Assembly: GCA_041394705.1 (NCBI GenBank)
Contig: JAWKHS010000007.1
Span: 133,057 to 197,056 of the forward strand
Length of the DNA stretch: 64,000 nucleotides
Direction of reading: 5' to 3'
Source: Vicinamibacterales bacterium
GTDB taxonomy: Bacteria; Acidobacteriota; Vicinamibacteria; Vicinamibacterales; UBA2999
Below are positions 49,714 to 62,774 of this stretch, piece by piece. Within the stretch, counting starts at the first letter, position 1. Each line of letters opens with the position of its first letter. A model generated the notes under the pieces. The model saw nothing but the letters and a program-made list of their open reading frames with translations, ran no database searches and had not been told where the DNA came from. The translations under genes were made by a program, and so were the position numbers.

Positions 49714-49726
49714 TTTCAATTACTTG
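49714..49726. promoter_or_regulatory. IHF-like site TTTCAATTACTTG inside a ~45-bp AT-rich island
   Basis: Matches WATCAANNNNTTR at 12 of 13 positions. Centred about 60 nt upstream of the transcription start predicted from the sigma54 element. The island spans about 49697-49741 in an otherwise GC-rich context. Confidence 0.35.
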
Positions 49727-49750
49727 ACTGGCTTTTAAGCAACGAAGAAC

Positions 49751-49785
49751 GCGCCGCTGTCCGTAACCTTCCTGGACAGCGGCGC
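49751..49785 (-). terminator. Perfect 12-bp stem hairpin GCGCCGCTGTCC-N11-GGACAGCGGCGC downstream of paralog B
   Basis: Read directly. Starts 33 nt after the stop at 49818. On the minus strand it is followed by GTTCTTCGTTGCTT (T-rich). It could alternatively be an enhancer for the promoter about 100 nt away. Confidence 0.65.
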
Positions 49786-49817
49786 GCAGAACTTGCACGG
49801 TGGAGGTAGTTTCGGGA

Positions 49818-52184
<2,367 letters not shown>

Positions 52185-52274
52185 GACCAACCCCGCTGCT
52201 GTGCAGATGTGACAGGCCGCACTTCCAGCCGGGGGAACTGCGTCGATGCGGCTCGATGACATGCCCTTCGTTTG

Positions 52275-52290
52275 AGCAAGGGGTGTGCCT
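52275..52290 (-). promoter_or_regulatory. Candidate sigma54 (-24/-12) promoter AGGCAC-ACCCC-TTGCT upstream of paralog B
   Basis: Reverse complement of plus-strand AGCAAGGGGTGTGCCT. GGCAC and TTGC are both exact with correct spacing. About 90 nt upstream of ATG 52184. Confidence 0.55.
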
Positions 52291-52598
52291 CGCGATGCCA
52301 GCCGCACCTAAGTCACTGCGCGCGCACGGGTTGATTCCGGCGAGGCCGCGGGCCCGTGTGACCTGCGGCACGCTCGTTTCGAGGGCGGGATTACGAGTCT
52401 GATCGTCGACGCGAATTCTGCGTGCAACGTCGCGACCGATCGGCCCCGCGGGAGCGGGTGCGATTTTCGAACGCGCGATTACGAGGGCGTCGTTGAGGCA
52501 GCGTCGAGGCGTGAAGCACGCGGTTCACGCAAGCGCCGGCACGCCCGTGCAGGCGCGCGATCTACGCGGTATTTCTCGGGGAATCTGCGATCGGTGCG

Positions 52599-54491
<1,893 letters not shown>

Positions 54492-54583
54492 TAACGCGCT
54501 CCGTCCTGCGGCATCATCCGTTCATTGTAGCGGAGCGCCCGCGGGCGGCCGCCGCGGCCGTGCAATCGCGGGCGATTCCGACC

Positions 54584-55705
54584 TCAGCGGGCGGCGACCT
54601 CGCGGTACACGTCCTCGTATCGCCGGACCATCTCGTCGATCGTGAAGTGCGCCAGGAGCCGGCGGCGCCCTTCGGCGCCCCACGCGCGAGCACGCGCGGC
54701 GTCGCGGCTCGTGTCGAGCAGCGCGGCCGCGAACGCGTCCGGGTCGCGGGCCGGCGCGAGCCGGCCTGTCTCGCCGTCCACCACCACCTCCGGCGTGCCG
54801 CCCACGCGCGTGGCCACCACCGGCAGTTCGGCCGCCATCGCTTCGAGCAGCGTGAGGGAGATGCCCTCGCTCGTGGAGGTGTTGGCGAAGGCGTCGAAGC
54901 CCGCCAGCAGCGCGCGCACGTCGTCCCTGTGGCCGAGGAGCCGCACGCGGTCCCCGGCTCCCAGCCGCTCGATGGCCCCCTCCAGCGCCCCCCGTTCCGG
55001 TCCATCGCCGACGATGGCGAGCCGGATGCGTGGCGTCGTCCGTGCCGCACGGACGACGGCGTCGACGAGCGTGCCGAGGTCCTTCACGGGATCCAGCCGC
55101 GCAACCGCGCCCACCACCCAGTCGCCAGGGTCGGCGCCGAGCGCCGCGCGGGCGGCGGACCGCGCCGCCGGGTCCGGCGGTTCGCCGGGATCGATGCCGT
55201 TCCAGATGACCTGCATGCGGGCGGGCACGGCCTCGCGGACCAGGTGTCCCCTGAGATCGTGCGACACGGCGTAGAGATCGCGCGCCCCGGCCATCAGCAG
55301 GCGATTCACGATCCGACGCTTGAGCGACGGCGGCTGGTCGGACAGGCGCCCGTGCTCGGTATACACCGCGCGGACGCCGGGCATCAGGAACGACGCCAGG
55401 CGGCCGTAGACGAAGGGCGAATAGTGGTGACAGTGCAGCACGGTCGCGCCGAACGCGCGCGCGGCCGAGGCCAGGCGCGGCGCCAGGGACACGTGAAAGC
55501 CCGGCTCTCGCTCGAGGACGTGCAGGGGCACGCCGAGGTCGGTGACACGGTCCGCCCACGCGCCCGGGGCGTCGAGGCAGCACACGGCCATGGGCACGCG
55601 GGCGTGGAGGCGGCGCACGATCTCGATGACGAGGCGCTCGGTGCCGCCCGGGTCCAGCCGCAGGACCACCTGCAGCACGCGCGGGGCCCTGCCGCTGGGC
55701 GTCAC
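54584..55705 (-). CDS. Glycosyltransferase family 4 (GT-B); resembles the stp2-type PEP-CTERM/EpsH1-associated sugar transferases
   Basis: Real gene is the 3' part of track ORF 54584..55990. RVLQVVLRLDPGGTERLV..., C-terminal EGISLTLLEAMAAELPVVATRVGGTPEVV (E-x7-E region). GTG 55705 overlaps the upstream stop (GTGA). Confidence 0.85.
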   Translation of the reverse strand: MTPSGRAPRVLQVVLRLDPGGTERLVIEIVRRLHARVPMAVCCLDAPGAWADRVTDLGVPLHVLEREPGFHVSLAPRLASAARAFGATVLHCHHYSPFVYGRLASFLMPGVRAVYTEHGRLSDQPPSLKRRIVNRLLMAGARDLYAVSHDLRGHLVREAVPARMQVIWNGIDPGEPPDPAARSAARAALGADPGDWVVGAVARLDPVKDLGTLVDAVVRAARTTPRIRLAIVGDGPERGALEGAIERLGAGDRVRLLGHRDDVRALLAGFDAFANTSTSEGISLTLLEAMAAELPVVATRVGGTPEVVVDGETGRLAPARDPDAFAAALLDTSRDAARARAWGAEGRRRLLAHFTIDEMVRRYEDVYREVAAR

Positions 55706-57051
55706 GCGATGGCTTGGCGGCGGGGTCTCGGCACGACGGCCGCGACCCGGTCGGCGGCGACGGGCACCGGTTTCAGGGCGTCGACGTCCTTGCGGTACAG
55801 GCGGTGGAGGATCGCGACGACGAAGAACGTGAGCCAGGTGAGCTCGTTGTTGGCCGAGGCGATGAACGTGCCGCCGATGATGAACGCGAACATCGACGCC
55901 ATGAACGCGTTCGCCATGGTGATGTAGAACTTGCGGTCGTCCTCGCTGAGCCCCGCCAGGCTCGCGGCGCCGTACCGGACGCGCAGGCACAGGACGAACG
56001 CGTAGATGAACATCACGATCCAGATCGCGAAGCCCGCGTACCCCATCTCCGCGAGCACTTCGAGGTGGCTGTTGTGCACCGAGCGGTGCGAACCCCAGTA
56101 ACCAGCCGAGTCGTCGTGGTCGTCATACGCGTCGTCGAAGCGGCGCAACCCGACGCCGTAGGGATTGCGGGCCACCATCACCGTCGCGATGTGCCAGAAG
56201 TGGAACCGGCTGAGCGCCGATCCCTCGCCCACCTCCTCGTAGGTCTGGATCGTCTGCATGCGGTCCAGGTACCCCTGCGGCAAGGGCACGACCGTGAACA
56301 TCAGCGCGCCCGCGAGCACCATCCCGCCGGTCCACAGGAACGGCCGGCGTTGCAGCATGCCGGCGCTGAGGACGAGGGACCCGAGCGACAGCAGCCCCGC
56401 GCGCGACATCGTGCCGATCACGGTCATGATGCTGAACGGGATGCACAGGAGGAAGCTGTATCGGAGGTATTTCAGGTACGGCACGTCCACCTGCAGCGCG
56501 AGTGCGGTGGCCGCCATCAGCGGGATGGCCATGTTGACGGCCATCGCGTAGCCGTTGTTGTCGATGAAGGCGCCGGCCTGCCCCGCCGAGAACTGCACGC
56601 CGCCGTCGATGTAGTAGAAGAGCCCGGCCTTCGCCGCGAAGAACGCGAACGACCCGGCCATCACCGCGACCACCTGGCTCAGCTTCTTCTTCGAGTCCAC
56701 GAGGTTCACGGCGAGCATGCAGACCACGAGCAGTCGGATGAACTGGTCCACCCAGCCGAAGCTCGACTGCAGGTAGGACGTGAAGTGCGCGACGAGCACC
56801 GTGCCCAGGAACGACAGGCTCAGGAGGCTCATCGGGTTGGTGACGTTCGGCATCCAGCCGGTGAAGATGCACGGCACGAGGAAGAGCAGGCCCGCGACGA
56901 GCGACAAGCGGAACGAGCGCATGTCCCACCACATCCACTCCAGCGGCCTGAAGAGGGCGAACCAGATGTAGGTGAGCAGCCCGATCTGGCGGCTGACGAC
57001 CGAGCCGGCGAAGCCGAGGGCGATGATGGCGAGGACGAGGATGGAGCGCAT
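55702..57051 (-). CDS. O-antigen ligase/polymerase-like (Wzy_C) polytopic membrane protein
   Basis: About 10-12 hydrophobic helices. A central loop follows MSRAGLLSLGSLVL. A periplasmic loop contains SHRSVHNSHLEVLAEMG. Confidence 0.8.
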   Translation of the reverse strand: MRSILVLAIIALGFAGSVVSRQIGLLTYIWFALFRPLEWMWWDMRSFRLSLVAGLLFLVPCIFTGWMPNVTNPMSLLSLSFLGTVLVAHFTSYLQSSFGWVDQFIRLLVVCMLAVNLVDSKKKLSQVVAVMAGSFAFFAAKAGLFYYIDGGVQFSAGQAGAFIDNNGYAMAVNMAIPLMAATALALQVDVPYLKYLRYSFLLCIPFSIMTVIGTMSRAGLLSLGSLVLSAGMLQRRPFLWTGGMVLAGALMFTVVPLPQGYLDRMQTIQTYEEVGEGSALSRFHFWHIATVMVARNPYGVGLRRFDDAYDDHDDSAGYWGSHRSVHNSHLEVLAEMGYAGFAIWIVMFIYAFVLCLRVRYGAASLAGLSEDDRKFYITMANAFMASMFAFIIGGTFIASANNELTWLTFFVVAILHRLYRKDVDALKPVPVAADRVAAVVPRPRRQAIA

Positions 57052-57142
57052 CGTGCGCGGACGCCGGAAATTTCTACGGTAGCACAGGCGGCCACGGCCC
57101 GGCTGCGCAGGGAAGCACGCCGCTGCGGCCCGCGAACACGCC

Positions 57143-59695
57143 TCAGCGGAGCAGGAAGGCGACGACGAGTCCGGCCAGGAGGGCGGCGCCCACGGCGGCC
57201 GCCGTCTTCAACCGGCGGACGACCGTGAGCTTCTGCGGGCGGAAGCGCACGGGCGGGGGCCACGCCGCGGCTGGCAGGGGGTGGACTGGCGCCCCGGCGG
57301 TGACGCGCTCGAACCACGGGCGGGCGAAGCCGTACTGGAGGAGCAGCACCAGCGGGCGTGTGCGCGTCCTCGTGGGCGACGACGCCAGGGTCGCAAGCGA
57401 CCGGTGGTGGAAGTACCGGGCCCGCTCGAGGAACCGCGACCGTTCTGCCTCGCTCGGCGCGTGGTAGGCGGCCAGATCGAACACCTCGGACTTCCGCAGG
57501 TCCTGCGCGGCCCAGGTCTCGGTGGGGAACTCCAGGACCTCTGGCTTGTCGAGGTAGCAGTACTCGTGGTCCGCCATCCACCGGGCGTAGTGCAGCAGGC
57601 TGGCCCTGGCGTACGCGTAGCGCCCGTCGTCGGGCGCGTGGGTCCACAGGTAGCGCCCCAGGGCTTGCAGGAACACGGTGTAGGACCATCGCCGCTCGAC
57701 GTCCAGGAGCTCGAGCGCCGCGATGTCGTCGTCGGGATGGATCACGCGCCGCAGCAGCTCGTCGGCCTTCGCCGGCAGCGCCGGATCCGCGCTCAGGCGG
57801 TGGGCGTTGAACAGGGCCGCCATCGCGTTGGCCGGACCGCGCCCGGGCCCGTGGTACTCCGGCGACACCGTGGCGCTCGCGCCTCCGGTCGCGGACCGCG
57901 CGAGCCACGGCAGCGGCCACCTGGCGAGCCGGCCGTCGTCCATCGCGACGACCCAGTCCCCGAGGCTGACGACCGCCGCGCGGCTCAGCGGGTCTCCGGT
58001 CAGCAGGTGGTGCAGCAGCAGGCCGTGCGAATAGCAGTGCTCGTTGGACGGCCCGCCGCCGTGAAGGCCAGCGCCGCGCGGGTAGCACCGATGCGTGGAC
58101 TTCCCGGCATCCACGTAGTGGCCCGTGTGCCAGAAGGTCCCGCCGTTGTAGGCCGCGCGGTCGGCGCTGGTCCAATAGACGTCGACGCGGGCCACGTGCC
58201 AGGCCAGGTCCGACGCCATCTCCCACCAGCGGTGATCGTCGTGGCGAAGCGCCTGCAGCGTCAGGCCGAGCACCGCGTCGTACTGGTTGTTGTAATGCGA
58301 GACGCGCTGCAGGGCCGGGTCGTCGCCGTTCTCGTGATCGGCGTACAGGTCGCCGAAGTGCCGCCAGCCGTACTCGTCGATGCGTTCCCGCTTCGCCGCG
58401 AAGCCGTCGGCGCCGTCCAGCGCGGCCGCGATCAGGCCCTCGTACACCGCGAGGGCGCCGGCCGGGCCGGCCGGGGCCGGCTCGAGCGCCGGCAGGGCTT
58501 CCGCGGCCGCCACCGCCTCGATCGCCGGGAGCACCGTCGACGGCCGCCGTTGCCACGACGCCCCGTCGGCGCCGTGGGCGGCGTCCGCGTCGAGCCACCA
58601 CTCGAAGTGGCAACGCTCGCCGCCCTGCAGCTCGTGGAGGCGGTCCCCCGGGGGCAGGCTCCACACGCGCAGCCGCCCGGCAGCGTCGGCGTCAATCGCC
58701 TTCGGGAAGAGTTGCCAGAACCGTCGGGCCGTGACGCCCAGGCGACCCGCCTCGTGTTCGATCGCCAGCCACGGATGCGCGCGGCTCCCGGACGTTCGCT
58801 GGCCGTTGGCATCGAGCACGAAGCCCGGCCCATCCACGGCGACGACACCGTCCCGATCGACGTGGACGCGGCTCTGCCAGTGCTCGCCGCCGCTCCCCTG
58901 CTGCGTCACCGCCAGCGGCACGGCGACGGGGTGGACCGGCTCACCGTCGGCGAGCGAGAGGTGCGCGCGGACGGCCGCGCCTGGGGCCGCACAGCTCACG
59001 CCGGCCCCACGCAGCTGCAGTGACCCCGGATCGCCCAGCTCCCAGAAGCCCCCGTCGTGCACGGCCGCCCGCGGATTGTGCAGGCCCAGGTCGATGCCGA
59101 TCGCCGTGCTTCCCGCGAGGACCGTCACCCGGACATCGACGTTCACGATGGCGCCGTCGCCCAACTTCGCTCGGCCGGACGCGCGGGTCACCACGCGAAG
59201 CGCCGTGTGGTGCTCCACCGCGAGGGCCGAGAAGACGACCGGGAGGGAGCGGCCCCCGGCGTCGATCAGGTGGACGGCGTCGGCGCCGAAGCGCGCCGCG
59301 CACCGTCCGTCCGCGTCGAGCCGCGCCACCAGGCCGGCGTGATCCAGATCGAGCACGATACGAAGCCGCGCGGTGGAGATCGCGATGGACCGCGGCCCCG
59401 CGACGACGTCCAGCATCGGCGCGGCCGGTCGCGCGACGTCGGCGCGGACGTCGAGCACGAGTCCGCCGGCGGGGACCACGGCCTCGACGTCGAGCCACGC
59501 CCAGCGCACGCTGCCGTCGGGCCACCGTTCGGCGACGCGCGCGCCCGTCGGCAGCGGACCGCCCGCGATCGCGACGAGGCGGTCCACGTCGGTGACGCGG
59601 CCGCGCGCGAAGGGCACGCCGAAGGAAAGGGGCTCGGCGCGCTCGTGGAGGGCCGGCGATCGGACGGTCACCCGGGCCACGGAAGCGGACGTCAT
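57143..59695 (-). CDS. Large (~850-aa) uncharacterised protein with a single C-terminal TM anchor; possible beta-sandwich N-half and alpha/alpha-toroid-like C-half
   Basis: No N-terminal signal peptide. The last 25 residues, RRLKTAAAVGAALLAGLVVAFLLR, form a TM preceded by basic residues. Trp/His-rich C-half (HYNNQYD, WWEMASDLAWHVARVDVYW, FWHTGHY, HCYSHGLLLHHLLTGD). ATG 59695; GTG 59710 is an alternative. Confidence 0.7.
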   Translation of the reverse strand: MTSASVARVTVRSPALHERAEPLSFGVPFARGRVTDVDRLVAIAGGPLPTGARVAERWPDGSVRWAWLDVEAVVPAGGLVLDVRADVARPAAPMLDVVAGPRSIAISTARLRIVLDLDHAGLVARLDADGRCAARFGADAVHLIDAGGRSLPVVFSALAVEHHTALRVVTRASGRAKLGDGAIVNVDVRVTVLAGSTAIGIDLGLHNPRAAVHDGGFWELGDPGSLQLRGAGVSCAAPGAAVRAHLSLADGEPVHPVAVPLAVTQQGSGGEHWQSRVHVDRDGVVAVDGPGFVLDANGQRTSGSRAHPWLAIEHEAGRLGVTARRFWQLFPKAIDADAAGRLRVWSLPPGDRLHELQGGERCHFEWWLDADAAHGADGASWQRRPSTVLPAIEAVAAAEALPALEPAPAGPAGALAVYEGLIAAALDGADGFAAKRERIDEYGWRHFGDLYADHENGDDPALQRVSHYNNQYDAVLGLTLQALRHDDHRWWEMASDLAWHVARVDVYWTSADRAAYNGGTFWHTGHYVDAGKSTHRCYPRGAGLHGGGPSNEHCYSHGLLLHHLLTGDPLSRAAVVSLGDWVVAMDDGRLARWPLPWLARSATGGASATVSPEYHGPGRGPANAMAALFNAHRLSADPALPAKADELLRRVIHPDDDIAALELLDVERRWSYTVFLQALGRYLWTHAPDDGRYAYARASLLHYARWMADHEYCYLDKPEVLEFPTETWAAQDLRKSEVFDLAAYHAPSEAERSRFLERARYFHHRSLATLASSPTRTRTRPLVLLLQYGFARPWFERVTAGAPVHPLPAAAWPPPVRFRPQKLTVVRRLKTAAAVGAALLAGLVVAFLLR

Positions 59696-59989
59696 GACCA
59701 GAGACTCCACGGGACGCCCGCTCCCCCTGGCGCGCCGGCGTCGTCGGCGCGGCTGCCGGCGCCCTGGCGTACTCGATGCACGACCAGGTCGCGGACCGGC
59801 GGCGATGCGGTGAGGACTGAAGGCACGGGCTTCTGAAGGGACGCGGCGTCGGGTCTCGGGTCCGCGCGCGTGCGCCCGTGAAGCGCGGCGGCGGCCGTGC
59901 CGGCGCGCGCAGCGACGCGCGACGACGCGCGCTCGAACGGGCCCGCTCGGGGCGTTAGATTAACATAGGGATCCACTCACCCAGCTTCG

Positions 59990-61003
59990 ATGTCACGTGC
60001 GCTCGACCTAGCCCCACTCGAGCAGGCCGATCCCGCCGTCATCGCGTTCGTCATCCCGGTCCGCGACGACGCCGAGCGCCTGCGGACGTGCCTGCGCAGT
60101 CTTCGCGAGATCGCGATGGCCACGCCTCATGACGTGCTCGTCCTCGATCACGGGTCGATCGACCAGTCGGCCGCCGTCGCGGAGGCCGCGGGTGCGCGCG
60201 TGATGACGCGCCGGGGCGGAAACGTGGCCGGGCTGCGCAATCTGGGAGCGGCCAGCACCACCGCGCCGCTCATCGCCTTCATCGACGCCGACAACGAGGT
60301 GGCAGCCGGCTGGCTGGGCTCGGCGCTCGGCGCGTTCAAGGCCGCCTCGGTCGGCATCGCGGGCGCGCCGTATTTCGCGCCTCCGCAGGGCACGTGGGTT
60401 CAGCGCACCTACGACGCCTTGCGCCGGCATCCCTCCACGGACGGTCCCACCGAGTGGCTCGGCGCCGGCAACATGGTCATTCGCCGGCAGGCCTTCGACG
60501 CGGCCGGCGGCTTCGACGAGCGCCTCGAGACCTGCGAAGACGTCGACCTCTGCGTGCGCGTCGCGGGCGCCGGGTGGGACGTGCGCGTGGTCCCGGGGAT
60601 GAAGAGCGTGCACCACGGCGATCCCGCGCGTCTCTCGCACGTGTTCTGGGGCGAGCTGTGGCGCGGGCGCGACAACCTGCGCGTGACGCTTCGCGGCCCC
60701 CGATCGTTCCGGACGCTGGCCTCGGCCGCGATGCCCGTCGCGTACGCCGGCGCCGTGGTGGCCTCGCTCGCCGGCTGGCTGGCGCCCTGGCCCGCGGGCG
60801 CCGCCATCGCGGGAACGGGCCTGGTGGGGCTCCTGTCCCTCCTGACCCTCAGGGTGTCGACGATGCGCAGGAACGCCGGCGGACGCCTGCCGGCAGGACT
60901 GTGGGCGGCCGTGCAGGTGGCCCTGGCCTACGACCTCGGGCGGGCCGCCGCGGTGTTCGTGGGCGTGGGCCACGGCCGCCGCCGCGAGGCCGCGTCGAAG
61001 TGA
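59990..61003 (+). CDS. Glycosyltransferase family 2 with C-terminal membrane segments
   Basis: IAFVIPVRDDAERL, LDHGSIDQS, AFIDADNEV (DxD), GAGNMVIRR, CEDVDLCVR. C-terminal hydrophobic helices. Confidence 0.85.
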   Translation: MSRALDLAPLEQADPAVIAFVIPVRDDAERLRTCLRSLREIAMATPHDVLVLDHGSIDQSAAVAEAAGARVMTRRGGNVAGLRNLGAASTTAPLIAFIDADNEVAAGWLGSALGAFKAASVGIAGAPYFAPPQGTWVQRTYDALRRHPSTDGPTEWLGAGNMVIRRQAFDAAGGFDERLETCEDVDLCVRVAGAGWDVRVVPGMKSVHHGDPARLSHVFWGELWRGRDNLRVTLRGPRSFRTLASAAMPVAYAGAVVASLAGWLAPWPAGAAIAGTGLVGLLSLLTLRVSTMRRNAGGRLPAGLWAAVQVALAYDLGRAAAVFVGVGHGRRREAASK

Positions 61004-62175
61004 CGGCCCCCCGCGCCGCGTCCGGCGATCGCATCCGGGTCCTCGAACTCCGCAGCGTCCGCGGCACGGGCGGCGGTCCCGAGAAGACGATCCTCCTCGG
61101 CACCGCCCTGACCGACGCGTCGCGCTTCGACGTCACGGTCTGCTACATCCGCGACACCAGGGACGGTGTCTTCGCCATCGACGAGTGGTCGCGGTCGCTG
61201 GGCATCCCGTACATCGAGATCCCCGAGCGCCACTCGCTCGATCCCGCGGTCGTGCCCGCGCTGCGGCGCGTGATCCGCGAACGCCGCATCGACATCGTCC
61301 ACGCGCACGAGTACAAGACGGATTTCCTCGCCCTGATCGCGGCACGGCTGGAGGGCATCGTCCCGCTCTCGACGGCGCACGGCTGGACGGGCCACTCCAG
61401 GCGCGAGCTGTCGTTCTACTACCCGGCCGATCGCTGGCTGCTCGCGCGCTATCCCCGCGTCATCGCCGTCTCGGAGCAGATCCGCCAGGTGCTCATCGCC
61501 GCGGGTGCGCGGCCCGAGCGCGTGACCACGGTGCTCAACTCGATCGACCCCGGCGCCTTCAGGCGGGACGCCGCGCTCGAGCCGCAGGTGCGCGCCGAGC
61601 TCGGGCTGCCCGCCGACGCCGTCGTCCTCGGCGCGGTGGGCCGGGCCGAGCCGCAGAAGCGCTTCGACCTGCTCATCGACGTCTTCGCCCGCCTGGCCCG
61701 GTCGCGGCCGACGCTCCACCTCGTCATTGCGGGCGAGGGGTCGCGGCTGGCGGACCTGCGCCGCCAGGTCGCGGGGCTCGGCGACGGCGGCGCCCGGGTG
61801 CATCTCCTGGGCCATCGGACCGACATACCGAGAGTGCACCACGCCTTCGACGTCTTCGTGCAGTCGTCCGACTACGAAGGGACGCCGAATGCCGTGCTGG
61901 AGGCCATGGCGCTCGGCTCGCCCGTCGTGGCGACGAAGGCCGGGGGCACCGAGGAGATCGCGTTCGACGGCGTGCACGGGCGCCTCGTCGCCTGCGGCGA
62001 CGCGCAGGGCCTCGAGTCGGCCATCGCCGAGCTGTGCGACCATCCGGAGAGGGCGCGGCAGCTGGCGGCGGCCGCACGGGCGCGCGTGGAGACCGACCTG
62101 GCCTTCGCCACGCGCGTCGCCAAGGTCGAACGCATCTACGAGGAGCTGATGGCCGAGTCGAGGAGCCGCGCGTGA
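61000..62175 (+). CDS. Glycosyltransferase family 4 (GT-B)
   Basis: Real gene is the 3' part of track ORF 60394..62175. IRVLELRSVRGTGGGPEKTIL, SSDYEGTPNAVLEAMALGSPVVATKAGGTEEI. GTG 61000 overlaps the GT2 stop (GTGA). Confidence 0.85.
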   Translation: MTAPRAASGDRIRVLELRSVRGTGGGPEKTILLGTALTDASRFDVTVCYIRDTRDGVFAIDEWSRSLGIPYIEIPERHSLDPAVVPALRRVIRERRIDIVHAHEYKTDFLALIAARLEGIVPLSTAHGWTGHSRRELSFYYPADRWLLARYPRVIAVSEQIRQVLIAAGARPERVTTVLNSIDPGAFRRDAALEPQVRAELGLPADAVVLGAVGRAEPQKRFDLLIDVFARLARSRPTLHLVIAGEGSRLADLRRQVAGLGDGGARVHLLGHRTDIPRVHHAFDVFVQSSDYEGTPNAVLEAMALGSPVVATKAGGTEEIAFDGVHGRLVACGDAQGLESAIAELCDHPERARQLAAAARARVETDLAFATRVAKVERIYEELMAESRSRA

Positions 62176-62774
62176 GCGCTGCCGGTGCCGTCAAGGCCGT
62201 GGCACGGTCGCTCGCCCTGGTCGCCGTCTCGCCGATGGTCGGGACCTACCCCGTGCGCGCGCGGCTCATGGGGCGCGACCGCGCCTTCCAGGCGTCGTGC
62301 GAGTGGCTGTCGGTGATCCCGGGGTTCGTCGGCCAGTACGCGCGGCGGGCGTTCCTGACCGCCACCACCGCCGGCTGCGGCCCCGACGTGGTCGTCGGGA
62401 TGGGCTGCAAGATGGCCTCGGCCGACGTGCGCCTCGACGCCAACGCCTACATCGGTCCGGACTGCAACCTCGGCTGGGTGCACGTCGAGAAGGACGTCAT
62501 GCTGGCTGCCGGCGTGCAGATCCCGAGCGGGCCGCACACCCACGGCACCGAGAGACTCGACGTGCCGATGCGGGACCAGCCCGGCCGGCACGTGTGCGTG
62601 CACGTGCGGGAGGGGGCCTGGGTCGGCAACGGGGCGATCGTGCTCGCCGACGTGGGTCGCCACGCGATCGTGGCGGCGGGCGCCGTGGTGATCGAGCCCG
62701 TTCCGGACTTCGCGGTCGTGGGCGGCGTCCCGGCGCGGCTGCTGAAGTCCCGCCTGGATGGGACGCAACCGTGA
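62172..62774 (+). CDS. Left-handed beta-helix (hexapeptide-repeat) acyl/acetyltransferase
   Basis: Real gene is the 3' part of track ORF 61185..62774. Hexapeptide-like turns (VVGMGCKMASADVRLDANAYIGPDCNLG, VREGAWVGNGAIVLADVGRHAIVAAGAVV) and PDFAVVGGVPARLL. GTG 62172 overlaps the upstream stop (GTGA). Confidence 0.8.
   Translation: MSAAGAVKAVARSLALVAVSPMVGTYPVRARLMGRDRAFQASCEWLSVIPGFVGQYARRAFLTATTAGCGPDVVVGMGCKMASADVRLDANAYIGPDCNLGWVHVEKDVMLAAGVQIPSGPHTHGTERLDVPMRDQPGRHVCVHVREGAWVGNGAIVLADVGRHAIVAAGAVVIEPVPDFAVVGGVPARLLKSRLDGTQP

Noticed and set aside
52333-52342. 10-mer GATTCCGGCG shared between the region upstream of paralog B and the sequence abutting the -24 element at 37818-37827
   Set aside because: The two copies are in opposite orientation relative to the genes and at different distances from the promoters. 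A shared 10-mer between two ~300-400-nt regions is roughly at chance expectation for this composition.
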